Source: an uncultured bacterium (lineage in GTDB: Bacteria; Hydrothermota; UBA3072). Taken from it: a stretch of DNA of 64,000 bases. Location: the NCBI GenBank assembly GCA_964525555.1, contig CAZGHN010000005.1:20515-84514 (forward strand). Direction: 5' to 3'. The notes below the pieces were generated by a model. The model did no database searches, was not told the origin of the DNA, and saw nothing but the letters and a program-made list of their open reading frames with translations. Below, piece after piece: positions 8,846-18,573 of this stretch (positions are counted from its first letter, which is position 1; each line of letters begins with the position of its first letter). Both the position numbers and the translations under genes were made by a program.

Positions 8846-10183
8846 ATGATAAAAAAAACAAGTATTTTTTTATTCTTTAGCATCTTATTTGCGATTTCCC
8901 TTTTTTCGCAATGGTCCCGGGAGGAAATGGAGCGTATAAACAAGTTAAATCAAGAAGATCATCGATTGATGATGAAACTTTTGGGCATAACTGAACTTCG
9001 CGGTGGTCCGTCAGGCAATCCTGATGCGCCTAATGCCGCCAATACTGATGAGTCAAAAGCCACTCCTTATACCTCACTGCCGGATCCGCTTGTTTTCAAC
9101 GATGGTACACCGGTTAAAACAGCTGATCAATGGAGAAAGCGTAAAATTGAAATCTTCGAAGATTTTGATAGAGAAATATACGGAAGGGTTCCATCCAAAA
9201 CTCCAGCCGTTTCCTGGGAGGTTGTATCTGAAAAAGATACGTTTAATGGAGATTACCCTGTAAATCAAAAACAGCTTGTCGGACATGTTGATAATTCTCT
9301 GTATCCGGAAATTACTGTAGATATACAAATGACTCTCACTACACCCCAAAATATAACCGCGCCCGTGCCCGTTATAATTGAATTTAGTTGGATCTTCCCA
9401 AATGCATGGAAAATACCTAAAGAAGATGGCTCGAACTGGCGGCAGCAGGTATTAGAAAAAGGCTGGGGTTATGCTATCTTAATCCCTACAAGTATCCAGG
9501 CTGATAACGGTGCAGGTCTTAGACAGGGAATTATTGGATTGATAAATAAAGGACAGCCTCGAAAACTTGACGACTGGGGAGCTTTACGTGCCTGGGCATG
9601 GGGTGCGAGCCGGGCTGTAGATTATTTCGAGACAAATCCAGATATTGACGAAACACGTGTAGCTATTGAAGGCCTCTCAAGATACGGAAAAGCGGCAATT
9701 GCGGCCTTAGCTTATGATCCACGTATTTCAATCGGATTAATCGGTTCATCCGGTGCAGGTGGAGTTAAAATACTGCGTCGGGTTTTAGGGGAACAGGTGG
9801 AAAATCTTGCATCTTCAGGAGAGTACCACTGGTTTGCTCCAAACTTTATTAAATATGCAGGGCCATTGACTGCTTTGGATTTGCCAGTTGATGCTCATGA
9901 ACTTATAGCATTATGCGCTCCAAGGCCGGTTTTTATCAGTGTAGGGTCGCCTGATGTGGAAGGTCAATGGATAGATGCAAAGGGGATGTTTTTGGCAGGA
10001 GTCCATGGTGGTCCGGTTTATGAACTCTTGGGTGAAAAAGGTTTAGGAATATCAGAGTTCCCAGCTCAAGAGACAGCAGTAGTCGATGGAGAAATCGCGT
10101 TTCGGCAGCATGCCGGTGGTCATACTGTAGGCCCGAATTGGCCGGTTTTTATAAAATTTGCTGATAGATATTTTTCAAAATAA
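8846..10183 (+). CDS. CE15 glucuronoyl esterase-like carbohydrate esterase, secreted
   Basis: WGALRAWAWGASR, GLSRYGK nucleophile motif, LPVDAHELIALCAPRP; start moved to MIKKTSIFLFF (signal peptide, AAAGGA RBS). Confidence 0.88.
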   Translation: MIKKTSIFLFFSILFAISLFSQWSREEMERINKLNQEDHRLMMKLLGITELRGGPSGNPDAPNAANTDESKATPYTSLPDPLVFNDGTPVKTADQWRKRKIEIFEDFDREIYGRVPSKTPAVSWEVVSEKDTFNGDYPVNQKQLVGHVDNSLYPEITVDIQMTLTTPQNITAPVPVIIEFSWIFPNAWKIPKEDGSNWRQQVLEKGWGYAILIPTSIQADNGAGLRQGIIGLINKGQPRKLDDWGALRAWAWGASRAVDYFETNPDIDETRVAIEGLSRYGKAAIAALAYDPRISIGLIGSSGAGGVKILRRVLGEQVENLASSGEYHWFAPNFIKYAGPLTALDLPVDAHELIALCAPRPVFISVGSPDVEGQWIDAKGMFLAGVHGGPVYELLGEKGLGISEFPAQETAVVDGEIAFRQHAGGHTVGPNWPVFIKFADRYFSK

Positions 10184-10231
10184 AATATTAACAGGATTAG
10201 AGATTGAAATGTGAAATCCAAACATAGCCTC

Positions 10232-10426
10232 TAGTCGCAAGTCACCAGTCATTAGTCATTATATAGGTATTGGATACCGGGTACCAAATTCCGGAAGTAA
10301 ACTTCAATACCTACATGTTCTACATGTGAAAAATTGGTTGGTATGTAGGGTTTTTAAACAACTTTATTCTTTCCTTTGTGTCTATGTGCTCTTTGTGCGA
10401 GATTAATTTTTTTGGGGTAGGGTGGT
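10232..10426. repeat. Intergenic repeat mosaic
   Basis: tagtcgcaagtcaccagtcattagtcatt (7-mer), ctacatgttctacatgtg (9-mer), G-rich+ttttaaacaac linker, ctttgtgtctatgtgctctttgtgcgaga. Confidence 0.7.
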
Positions 10427-10506
10427 AGCCTTGACAAGCTTTGAAAATGTGTTACATATAACAAAAAATTTGTCAAAAATTTAATAATTCTAAAGGAGGA
10501 ATTGTT

Positions 10507-12654
10507 ATGGAAAATGTTTTCTGGTTTGTGCCCGGTGTTTCGGTTATAGCTCTTCTTTTCGCATGGGTTTTTTACTCGCAGATGATGAAAAAAGAAGAGG
10601 GAAATCCGAAGATGATTGAAATCGCAAATGCTATTAGAGAAGGAGCAATAAGTTTTTTAAAGGTTCAGGACAGTGTTGTGGCGATTTTTCTTGTAATAAT
10701 GGCTATTCTTTTTGCTGTTCTTGCTTTTGGGCTTGGAGTACAGTCTAAATGGATTCCCCTTGTTTTCTTACTTGGGGGATTTTTATCAGGTCTCTCAGGG
10801 TTTCTGGGGATGAAGACCGCAACAAAGGCTGCAGTCAGAGTAACAAACGCAGCCAGAGATTCTCTCGGTTCAGCTCTTAGTATCGCTTTCAGGAGCGGTT
10901 CAGTTATGGGTCTTTCGGTTGTTGGCTCATCTCTTCTTGGAATCTCTATATTGTTCGCAATATTTTATTTTGGGTTGAAATTACCTCTTGCCGAGGTTAC
11001 AAGTATTCTTCTCGGATTTGGCATCGGTGCGAGTTTTGTTGCTCTTTTTGCAAGAGTCGGAGGAGGAATTTATACTAAAGCTGCGGATGTAGGAGCAGAC
11101 CTTGTGGGTAAAGTCGAGGCCGGGATTCCTGAGGATGACCCCCGAAATCCGGCAACAATCGCGGATAATGTTGGTGATAATGTAGGAGATGTGGCAGGGA
11201 TGGGAGCCGATTTATATGAATCATATTCGGATGCGATTGTAGCTACTATGGCTCTTGGAGTTGCTGCGGGTCTTGGGATGAAAGGTGTCCTTGAACCCCT
11301 GCTTATTGCCGGTACCGGTATATTGTTCTCTATATTGGGAATTTTTCTCGTTAGAGCCGGAAAAGAAGCGACCCAGCATGGTCTTATTAAATCTCTTTCA
11401 AGAGGTATAAACTTTGCTATGATCGCTACGGGAATAGTTGCGATACTTGTGGTTAGATTCATTACTCCTGATAAGATGGGCGTGATTGGTTCTATTCTTG
11501 TAGGTCTTATAGCCGGTACTATTATAGGAAAAGCTACGGAGTTTTACACATCTTCTGCTTTTTCTCCTGTGCGTAAGCTTTCCGCTTCGGCAAAGTCAGG
11601 TCCTGCGACTTTGATAATCGACGGCCTGGCTCTGGGTCTTAATTCTACGGTTATTCCAGTTATAACGGTAGGGGTATCTATAATTCTCGCGTTTGCCTTC
11701 GCAGGAGGATTTAACAGTTTTATAATGGGTCTCTACGGTGTAGGACTCGCGGCTGTCGGTATGTTATCGACTCTCGGTATTACGCTTGCTTCGGACGCTT
11801 ATGGGCCAATTGCGGATAACGCGGGCGGAATAGCGGAGATGAGTGAACTCGGTAAAGAAGTGAGAACAAAGACAGATCAGCTCGATGCTCTCGGTAATAC
11901 AACCGCTGCGACAGGTAAGGGTTTTGCAATAGGTTCGGCTGCTTTTACCGCACTGGCTTTAATTGCTGCCTATTTGACCGAAATTAAAATGGCTTTGACA
12001 CGTTTGGGGGTAGAAGCTATTAATATTGGGGAACGAATGGTGAGTGTCAGCAGTGTTACTTTTCTCGAACTATCGGAATATTACAATTTAAGTCTTCTAA
12101 ATCCGACTCTTCTCGCTAGTCTTTTGATTGGTTCTGTTATTACTTTTCTTTTCTGCGGTATGACCATGAGTTCCGTAGGTGTTACTGCTCAGTCTGTAAT
12201 AGTTGAAGTAAGGGAACAATTTAAAGATAAAGATATACTTGCCGGCAAGAAAAAACCCGATTATGCGAGAACGGTGGCTATTGTTACCAAGGCTGCACAG
12301 AAACAGATGATTATCCCATCTTTGATAGCGATAGTCTCTCCGATTCTAATCGGTTGGATTTTCGGAGTTTCGGGTGTCGTTGGTTTTCTTGTAGGAGCAC
12401 TTGCTTCCGGATTTGCTATGGCTGTATTTATGGCTAACGCGGGCGGTGCTTTTGATAATGCGAAGAAATATATCGAGGAAGGAGCTCACGGCGGAAAGGG
12501 TTCAGAAGCTCACAAGGCAGGAGTTACAGGTGATACTCTCGGCGATCCGATGAAGGATACTTCAGGACCCTCACTTAATATTCTTATAAAGCTGATGAGT
12601 ATTCTTTCCGTTATTACCGCAGGGTTTGTTGTGGCTTTCAGCCTTTTTAAATAG
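10507..12654 (+). CDS. hppA: Membrane-bound K+-dependent (probably Na+-translocating) pyrophosphatase
   Basis: GGIYTKAADVGADLVGKVE, DNVGDNVGD, GNTTAA (Ala = K+-dependent type), GDTLGDPMKDTSGP. Confidence 0.95.
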   Translation: MENVFWFVPGVSVIALLFAWVFYSQMMKKEEGNPKMIEIANAIREGAISFLKVQDSVVAIFLVIMAILFAVLAFGLGVQSKWIPLVFLLGGFLSGLSGFLGMKTATKAAVRVTNAARDSLGSALSIAFRSGSVMGLSVVGSSLLGISILFAIFYFGLKLPLAEVTSILLGFGIGASFVALFARVGGGIYTKAADVGADLVGKVEAGIPEDDPRNPATIADNVGDNVGDVAGMGADLYESYSDAIVATMALGVAAGLGMKGVLEPLLIAGTGILFSILGIFLVRAGKEATQHGLIKSLSRGINFAMIATGIVAILVVRFITPDKMGVIGSILVGLIAGTIIGKATEFYTSSAFSPVRKLSASAKSGPATLIIDGLALGLNSTVIPVITVGVSIILAFAFAGGFNSFIMGLYGVGLAAVGMLSTLGITLASDAYGPIADNAGGIAEMSELGKEVRTKTDQLDALGNTTAATGKGFAIGSAAFTALALIAAYLTEIKMALTRLGVEAINIGERMVSVSSVTFLELSEYYNLSLLNPTLLASLLIGSVITFLFCGMTMSSVGVTAQSVIVEVREQFKDKDILAGKKKPDYARTVAIVTKAAQKQMIIPSLIAIVSPILIGWIFGVSGVVGFLVGALASGFAMAVFMANAGGAFDNAKKYIEEGAHGGKGSEAHKAGVTGDTLGDPMKDTSGPSLNILIKLMSILSVITAGFVVAFSLFK

Positions 12655-12663
12655 AAAAAAATA

Positions 12664-12962
12664 GGCCACTAAGGCACCAAGGCACTAAGGTAATATTGTG
12701 ATATAAAAAAATCTCTGTGCCTTTGTGGTTCTGTTTTTAATCAAAATAATAAATGGGGTGTGTGGTGTGATTTGTGATATTAGTGCTATTTGTTGTTCCT
12801 CATGGTTTTTTGGAGAAGTAGGAGTTTTAAACAACACAAATATATTTTTTTGTTCTCTGTGTGTTTGTTTTTTCTCTGTGATCTCTGTGGTTAAATTAGT
12901 TTTGATGGTGGGTGATGGGTTTTAAACAACATCATTTTTTCTTTGTGTCCTTTGTGGTTCAA
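12664..12962. repeat. Intergenic repeat mosaic (five triad blocks, two linkers)
   Basis: ggccactaaggcaccaaggcactaag with inverted ctctgtgcctttgtgg; atttgtgatattagtgctatttgttg; ctctgtgatctctgtggttaa; ctttgtgtcctttgtggttcaa. Confidence 0.8.
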
Positions 12963-12990
12963 TTCTTTATTTTTAAGGCAAGAAACCTCC

Positions 12991-13018
12991 TTGACACATG
13001 CGAAATTATTCGTACAAT
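12991..13018 (+). promoter_or_regulatory. sigma70-type promoter
   Basis: TTGACA-N16-TACAAT, then AGGAGG RBS. Confidence 0.75.
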
Positions 13019-13040
13019 AATTTGATTATAGGAGGTAGTC

Positions 13041-16000
13041 ATGAAAAGTTTTTACTTATTGATTAGTTTAATTGTCTGTTTGTTTGATCCGGTTTTTGTT
13101 TTTGCGGGTGAAAGTACAGAGCGTGTTGTGTCCGATTCCTGGTTAAATTCAGCGATGCGTAATATAGAGAAAAAAGAGTATGAACCGTCGTTACAGGAGT
13201 TAAATTACAGAGGCGAAAGTTTCACTCATCCTAAAATTCATCTTGCTAACAGAGCAAATAGTCTACGAGTGTATTTCGACGAGAACGGAATAGAACTTAT
13301 ACCGAGAGTTATTTCAGAAGAAGAAAAATGGAATTTAAAAATCAAATCGATCGAAGTTACGGACGGAAAAGATAGAAAGATTTTTAGCGATTTGGATGTT
13401 GTTATTGATGGGGATAATATTGTATGCACCGGCGATGGTATTGAAATTGTTTATGCGAATTCTAAAAACGGCATCCAACAAAGTATTTCTATACAGGAAG
13501 GGATAAAAGCAGAGAGAGTAAATTTTATTTTCAAAGCAGAAAATCTGGGTATTACTTCAGGAGGAAACAGATTTGTACTGAATAGTGGAAAGCAGGAAAT
13601 TATATACACGGTTGACAGAATCGAAGATGCTGAAGGGAAAGAGGTATCATATTTATTATCGAATGCGAAAGATAAGTTAAAGATTTCGTTGGACTACGTA
13701 AAGATGGTTTATCCGATAATAATTACTGCTAATATCACTTCAAATAGTCCATCTGCTGAAGATTTAATTGTATCAACGTCTACAAAAGATAGAGATATTT
13801 CCGAAACTCCTGACTGGACAGTGAACGTCATAGGCGGCCAATACATCTGTGCTTCCTCCGCCGGAGATGTAAATGGTGATGGTTATTCAGATGTTATTGT
13901 CGGTTCTTGGACTTATTCCCATGATGGAGGGGCTTTTGTGTTTTATGGAAGTCCCTCAGGTTTGGATACAATTCCTGCCTGGACAGCAGAACCCAATCCG
14001 CAAGCAGAAGGTGCGTATTTCGGCTGGTCCGTCTCCGGATCAGGGGATGTAAACGGAGACGGATATTCGGATGTGATTGTAGGTGCTTGTAGGTCTGACT
14101 CTGGAGAGACCGATGAAGGGAGGGCTTATGTATATTATGGAGATTCCTCGGGCCTTTCCAGCTCGGCTGACCGGATTTATGAATCTAATGAGGCACACGC
14201 GCGGTTCGGCAGTTCCGTTTCCTCTGCTGGAGATGTGAACGGAGACGGGTATTCGGATGTAATTGTGGGTGCTCCAGGTGTCTCCGGCCAACCAGGGCTC
14301 CAGGGAAGAGTCTTTGTGTATTATGGAAGTGCTTCCGGGCTTCCCGCCTCATCAGCCAGCTGGACTGTTGTTGATCCCGATGGAGGGATATATTTTGGTT
14401 GCTCCGTCTCCTCTGCTGGAGATGTGAACGGAGACGGCTACTCGGAAGTAATTATAGGTGACAATCAGCACTCCAATGGGGAAAGTTATGAGGGAAAGGC
14501 ATACGTATATCATGGTAATTCTTCCGGTCTTTCTACATCTCCCGACTGGCAGTTAGAAAGCAATGAAGTAGGCGCAGAATTCGGGACCTCGGTCTCCGGA
14601 GCGGGAGACGTAAACGGAGATGGGTATTCGGACGTGATTGTTGGCGCGGGTCAAGCCGGAGTAGTAGATGGGGGGAAGGCGTATATCTATTCTGGGAGTT
14701 TCGCCGGGCTTCTTACGTCGGCCAGCTGGACAGCAGAATGCGATTCGTCCATGGCGGGGTTCGGGGTATCCGTGTCAGGAGCGGGAGATGTAAACGGAGA
14801 CGGATACTCGGATGTAATTGTGGGCGCTCCCGGGTACAATAATGATAATGGCATGATATTTGTGTACAATGGTGGTCCCTTAGGTCTTCCTCTTTCTCCG
14901 GATTGGACTGCCGAACCTATTCCTTTGGTCCAATATGTTGGCGGTTCAGTCTCAACAGCGGGGGATTTAAACGGAGACGGGTATTCGGATTTGATTGTAG
15001 GCGCTCGCAATAACGCATTCGTATATCATGGAAGTCCCTCGGGACCCTCTACCGCATCTGACTGGGCGAAAGAAGGCGAACAGGCGAACGCATACTTTGG
15101 TTGCTCGGTTTCCACGGCGGGAGATGTAAACGGTGATGGATATTCGGATGTAGTTATCGGCGCTTATGGATACGACAATGGGCAAAATGGTGAAGGTAGA
15201 GCATATGTTTATCATGGAAGTTCGTTACTGCCTTCCGGCTCCCCTAACTGGACAGTTGAGTCCAATCAGGCAGACGCGAGTTTAGGTGTTTCCGTCTCCT
15301 CTGCGGGAGATGTAAACGGAGACGGGTACTCGGATGTAATCGTGGGCGCATCTGGTTATGATGATGGACAAATGGATGAAGGCGCGGCATTTGTTTATAA
15401 CGGAAGTCCCTCGGGGCTTTCCGGCTCACCCAGCTGGACTGCTGCCGAGACGGATCAGGCGTTTGCCTGGTTCGGGGGTTCCGTTTCCACAGCGGGGGAT
15501 GTGAACGGGGACGGATATTCAGATGTGATTGTGGGTGCTCGGGGGTACGATAATGCAGGAGCAAATAGAGGGGTTGCATTTGTTTACCAAGGAAGTCCCG
15601 GTGGTTTGTCCTCCTCATCGGACTGGACGGCACAGTCCGATCAGGCAGGCTCAGAGTTCGGAATCTCCGTCGCAGGAGCTGGGGATGTAAACGGAGACGG
15701 ATATTCGGATGTGATTGTCGGTGCTCATCTTTACGATAAGGGAGAAAGTGATGAAGGCGCTGTGTTTGTTTATAACGGAAGTTCCTCCGGGCTCGATAGT
15801 TTAACCAACTGGACTGCAGAATCGAATCAGGCGGATTCAAGATTCGGTGCGTCCGTCGCAGGAGCTGGGGATGTAAACGGAGACGGGTATTCGGATGTGA
15901 TTGTGGGCGCTTATTATTACTCCAATGGACAAACAAATGAAGGAAGGGCTTTTGTATATCACGGAGGTTCCTCCGGTCTTTCCGGTTCTCCCAACTGGAC

Positions 16001-17048
16001 CGCCGAGTCCAATCAGGCGGGTGCTTACTTCGGCACGTCTGTCTCCACGGCAGGAGATGTAAACGGAGACAGATACTCGGATGTTATTATCGGTGCCAAT
16101 TATTACACCAATGGAGAGTCTTATGAAGGTCGCGCATTTCTCTATACTGGAAATTTCTTCGGGCTCTCTATTGCCCCTGAATGGACCGCTGAGTCCAATC
16201 AGGCGAGTGCTTTCTTTGGCAGTTCGGTCTCCACGGCAGGGGATGTAAACGGAGACGGGTATTCGGATGTAATTGTGGGAGCTTATGATTATGATAATGG
16301 ACAAACGAACGAGGGCGGAGCATTTTTGTACTTCGGCAATGAAGGAGGTCTCTCTCTCGTTCCGACACAATCCACGCTGGACGGGTCACATCCTGTGCAG
16401 CTTGGCAATTTAACCGGGACCTCAGGCGTCCAGCTTAATTTGCTAGGAAGAACACCGCAAGGCAGGGGAAAAGTAAAATTGCAGTGGGAAGTTAAAGAAC
16501 TCGGTCAACTATTCGATGAAATATTCGACGGAGATTCTATTTCCGAAAGCGCTTCATGGTATGATACCGGCGTAAACGGAATAGAGATTTCAGAAGATGT
16601 AACCGGACTAAGTAGCGGAACTGCCTACCACTGGAGAGTAAGATTATTGTATGACCCGGTGTATTACGAGGGTTCATTACATTCCAGATGGTTGTCGATA
16701 GGTCCGAACGGATGGAATGAGACTGATTTTATTACAACAGACCTTTCCGGGATCGAAGATAATCCTGGCGAAATTGTGAATTTGCAGCTCAGCGTATTTC
16801 CGTCTATCTCAACAAATATCTTCAATATAAGGTTTTATGTTTCGGAAGAAGAAGCGAAGGAAGATATAAGTTTAAAGGTATACAACAAGGCCGGAATAAT
16901 GGTAAAAAGTCTTTTCAAGGGTAAGAAACCCGCAGGAGCTCACATGATAACCTTTAACGGGGACAAACTGCCGAATGATATATTCTTTATTTCTCTTAAA
17001 AAAGGAAAAGGAAAAAATCCTGTAAGGAAGGTTATTCTTCTGAGATAA
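13041..17048 (+). CDS. Large secreted FG-GAP (integrin-alpha-like) repeat protein with C-terminal sorting-like domain
   Basis: Signal peptide; 14 copies of FG.SV..AGDVNGDGYSD(V/L)I(V/I)GA; C-terminal PS....F.I...LKVYN..G..V..L...K..GIFF..L..RKVILLR. Confidence 0.92.
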   Translation: MKSFYLLISLIVCLFDPVFVFAGESTERVVSDSWLNSAMRNIEKKEYEPSLQELNYRGESFTHPKIHLANRANSLRVYFDENGIELIPRVISEEEKWNLKIKSIEVTDGKDRKIFSDLDVVIDGDNIVCTGDGIEIVYANSKNGIQQSISIQEGIKAERVNFIFKAENLGITSGGNRFVLNSGKQEIIYTVDRIEDAEGKEVSYLLSNAKDKLKISLDYVKMVYPIIITANITSNSPSAEDLIVSTSTKDRDISETPDWTVNVIGGQYICASSAGDVNGDGYSDVIVGSWTYSHDGGAFVFYGSPSGLDTIPAWTAEPNPQAEGAYFGWSVSGSGDVNGDGYSDVIVGACRSDSGETDEGRAYVYYGDSSGLSSSADRIYESNEAHARFGSSVSSAGDVNGDGYSDVIVGAPGVSGQPGLQGRVFVYYGSASGLPASSASWTVVDPDGGIYFGCSVSSAGDVNGDGYSEVIIGDNQHSNGESYEGKAYVYHGNSSGLSTSPDWQLESNEVGAEFGTSVSGAGDVNGDGYSDVIVGAGQAGVVDGGKAYIYSGSFAGLLTSASWTAECDSSMAGFGVSVSGAGDVNGDGYSDVIVGAPGYNNDNGMIFVYNGGPLGLPLSPDWTAEPIPLVQYVGGSVSTAGDLNGDGYSDLIVGARNNAFVYHGSPSGPSTASDWAKEGEQANAYFGCSVSTAGDVNGDGYSDVVIGAYGYDNGQNGEGRAYVYHGSSLLPSGSPNWTVESNQADASLGVSVSSAGDVNGDGYSDVIVGASGYDDGQMDEGAAFVYNGSPSGLSGSPSWTAAETDQAFAWFGGSVSTAGDVNGDGYSDVIVGARGYDNAGANRGVAFVYQGSPGGLSSSSDWTAQSDQAGSEFGISVAGAGDVNGDGYSDVIVGAHLYDKGESDEGAVFVYNGSSSGLDSLTNWTAESNQADSRFGASVAGAGDVNGDGYSDVIVGAYYYSNGQTNEGRAFVYHGGSSGLSGSPNWTAESNQAGAYFGTSVSTAGDVNGDRYSDVIIGANYYTNGESYEGRAFLYTGNFFGLSIAPEWTAESNQASAFFGSSVSTAGDVNGDGYSDVIVGAYDYDNGQTNEGGAFLYFGNEGGLSLVPTQSTLDGSHPVQLGNLTGTSGVQLNLLGRTPQGRGKVKLQWEVKELGQLFDEIFDGDSISESASWYDTGVNGIEISEDVTGLSSGTAYHWRVRLLYDPVYYEGSLHSRWLSIGPNGWNETDFITTDLSGIEDNPGEIVNLQLSVFPSISTNIFNIRFYVSEEEAKEDISLKVYNKAGIMVKSLFKGKKPAGAHMITFNGDKLPNDIFFISLKKGKGKNPVRKVILLR

Positions 17049-17050
17049 TT

Positions 17051-17161
17051 AGATAGTAGATAGGGAGTAGAGAGTAGTTAAGTAGTTGGTTTGTTGGGTT
17101 GTGGGTTCGTTGGGTCGTTTTTTTAACTACCTAACGACTTAACCACCTAACGTCCTAACTA
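17051..17161. repeat. Intergenic repeat mosaic (7- and 8-mer runs)
   Basis: agatagtagatagggagtagagagtag; gttggtttgttgggttgtgggttcgttgggtcgtt; taactacctaacgacttaaccacctaacgtcctaac. Confidence 0.75.
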
Positions 17162-17167
17162 TTTATT

Positions 17168-17638
17168 ATGGATTGGGAAGAAGAATTAAAAAATTTTATA
17201 GATAACAAAACAGTAATAATGGGCATCGGCTCGACCGTTCGATCCGACGACGGTGTTGGTGTTTTTATTGCCGAAAGCCTTAAAAAAATAGACGTCGATA
17301 ATGTGATTGTTGCGGATGCTACACCGGAACATTGGCTCGGATTTCTTAGTAAGAAGAAATTCGAAAAGCTTTTAATAATAGATGCGGTTCTTTTTGGAGG
17401 AAAAAAAGGAGAAATAAAGCTTTTTGATTTAAATGAAATTAGCAAGCGTTTTGGACTTACTCATTCTTCTTCCCTTCATCTTTTTTATAATTTTATATCT
17501 AAAGAAGGTTCTATTAAGGAACTTAAAGTTCTGGCTGTAATGCCTGAGAATTTAGAAATAGGAGAGGTTTTATCCCCTGTGGTTAAGAGTAGTGCCGAGA
17601 GGATTGTCGGCTTCTTTGAGAATTTTCAGCAAATCTGA
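17168..17638 (+). CDS. Hydrogenase maturation protease (HycI-like)
   Basis: MGIGS.VRSDDGVG, TPE, IIDAV, THSSSL motifs. Confidence 0.88.
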   Translation: MDWEEELKNFIDNKTVIMGIGSTVRSDDGVGVFIAESLKKIDVDNVIVADATPEHWLGFLSKKKFEKLLIIDAVLFGGKKGEIKLFDLNEISKRFGLTHSSSLHLFYNFISKEGSIKELKVLAVMPENLEIGEVLSPVVKSSAERIVGFFENFQQI

Positions 17639-18238
17639 CATTTTACTTATATTGTAAGAGGCAATGTTGATTTTTGACCCTTTGGGATCAAAAAAGCAAG
17701 ATTTTATACCTGATGCGTGAGCTGCTTCTATATCAAGTATTCTATCCCCGACACCCAGAGTTTCTTCTTTTTCCAATTTGTATTTCTCGATAATGTAATT
17801 AAAGCTGCTCGGGTCAGGTTTAAGGGGGAAGTTCGCATCTGAACTTACGATTTCAATAAAATATTTATTAAAGTCATTTCTTGATAGAAATTCATTTAGA
17901 CTTTCAAAGCCCCGGTGAGTTATAAGAAAATTTCCTCCGCGCCCCGATACGTATTCGAGAACGTCTTTTACTCCCTCAAAAGGTTTATCTTCGAAGGTCA
18001 GTTCCCCAAAGTATCTTTTTTTAAAATTTTCATAAAATTCTTCTCGGTCGATATTAAATTCATCGGCAAGGTTCTCTATGCAAGAAGTAATCGAAGATTT
18101 CGCAAGAGAATAAGCTTTATTGTAGTCGTATTCAACTCCGTAGTCCTTTTTTAAAACATTGATGAAAGCTTTTGTTATTTCGGGATATGTGTCAAAAAGT
18201 GTTCCGTCAAAATCCCAGATAAGATTTCTAAAACCCAT
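17570..18238 (-). CDS. HAD-IA family hydrolase/phosphatase
   Basis: IWDFDGTLFDT, THR, KPDP, VGDR.LD..AA motifs. Confidence 0.92.
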   Translation of the reverse strand: MGFRNLIWDFDGTLFDTYPEITKAFINVLKKDYGVEYDYNKAYSLAKSSITSCIENLADEFNIDREEFYENFKKRYFGELTFEDKPFEGVKDVLEYVSGRGGNFLITHRGFESLNEFLSRNDFNKYFIEIVSSDANFPLKPDPSSFNYIIEKYKLEKEETLGVGDRILDIEAAHASGIKSCFFDPKGSKINIASYNISKMSDLLKILKEADNPLGTTLNHRG

Positions 18239-18249
18239 CCCACACCACC

Positions 18250-18513
18250 ATTTTTCTCACACAGAGCGCACGGAGACACAGAGTTTTTTGTTTTTTACCA
18301 AATCCCAACCCCAAAATCCTAAATCCTGAGTCAGGACGCAGATAAACGCAGATTTTATAGATTTGAAAAAAAAATTCTTTTTCTTTTTTTTCATAATTGT
18401 TTCTATCTTGTAATTTATGGTTTTATGAATTTTGTCAATGGCGTTAACCGTCCAAAGTCCAGAGTCCAATGTCCAAAGTCAAGTTTTTTTGTGCTATCTG
18501 TGTCTCTGTGGTG
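18250..18513. repeat. Intergenic repeat mosaic containing a ~100-bp block repeated inverted at 24441-24540
   Basis: ctcacacagagcgcacggagacacagag...acgcagataaacgcagat; gtccaaagtccagagtccaatgtccaaagtc; tctgtgtctctgtggtgaa. Confidence 0.85.
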
Positions 18514-18573
18514 AATAAATCCCCTTGAAAAGTACAGATAATTAGTTATATTTAGATACATTAAGGAGGAAAA

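Noticed and set aside
10431-10460. Full sigma70 promoter for hppA
   Set aside because: TTGACA is clear but no convincing -10 at 16-18 bp, so it is not listed as a feature
13850-16290. FG-GAP or WG DNA repeats as a diversity-generating retroelement TR/VR pair
   Set aside because: Repeats are in-frame protein repeats, differences are not adenine-specific, and no reverse transcriptase is present
15244-16389. Long antisense ORFs inside the FG-GAP gene, and similar shadows such as 55698-56423, 57903-58463 and 62277-62885
   Set aside because: They lie opposite well-supported genes and show no motifs
17570-17586. ttatcccctgtggttaa as a family B repeat end
   Set aside because: It encodes LSPVVK within the protease and is a single unit; probably coincidence
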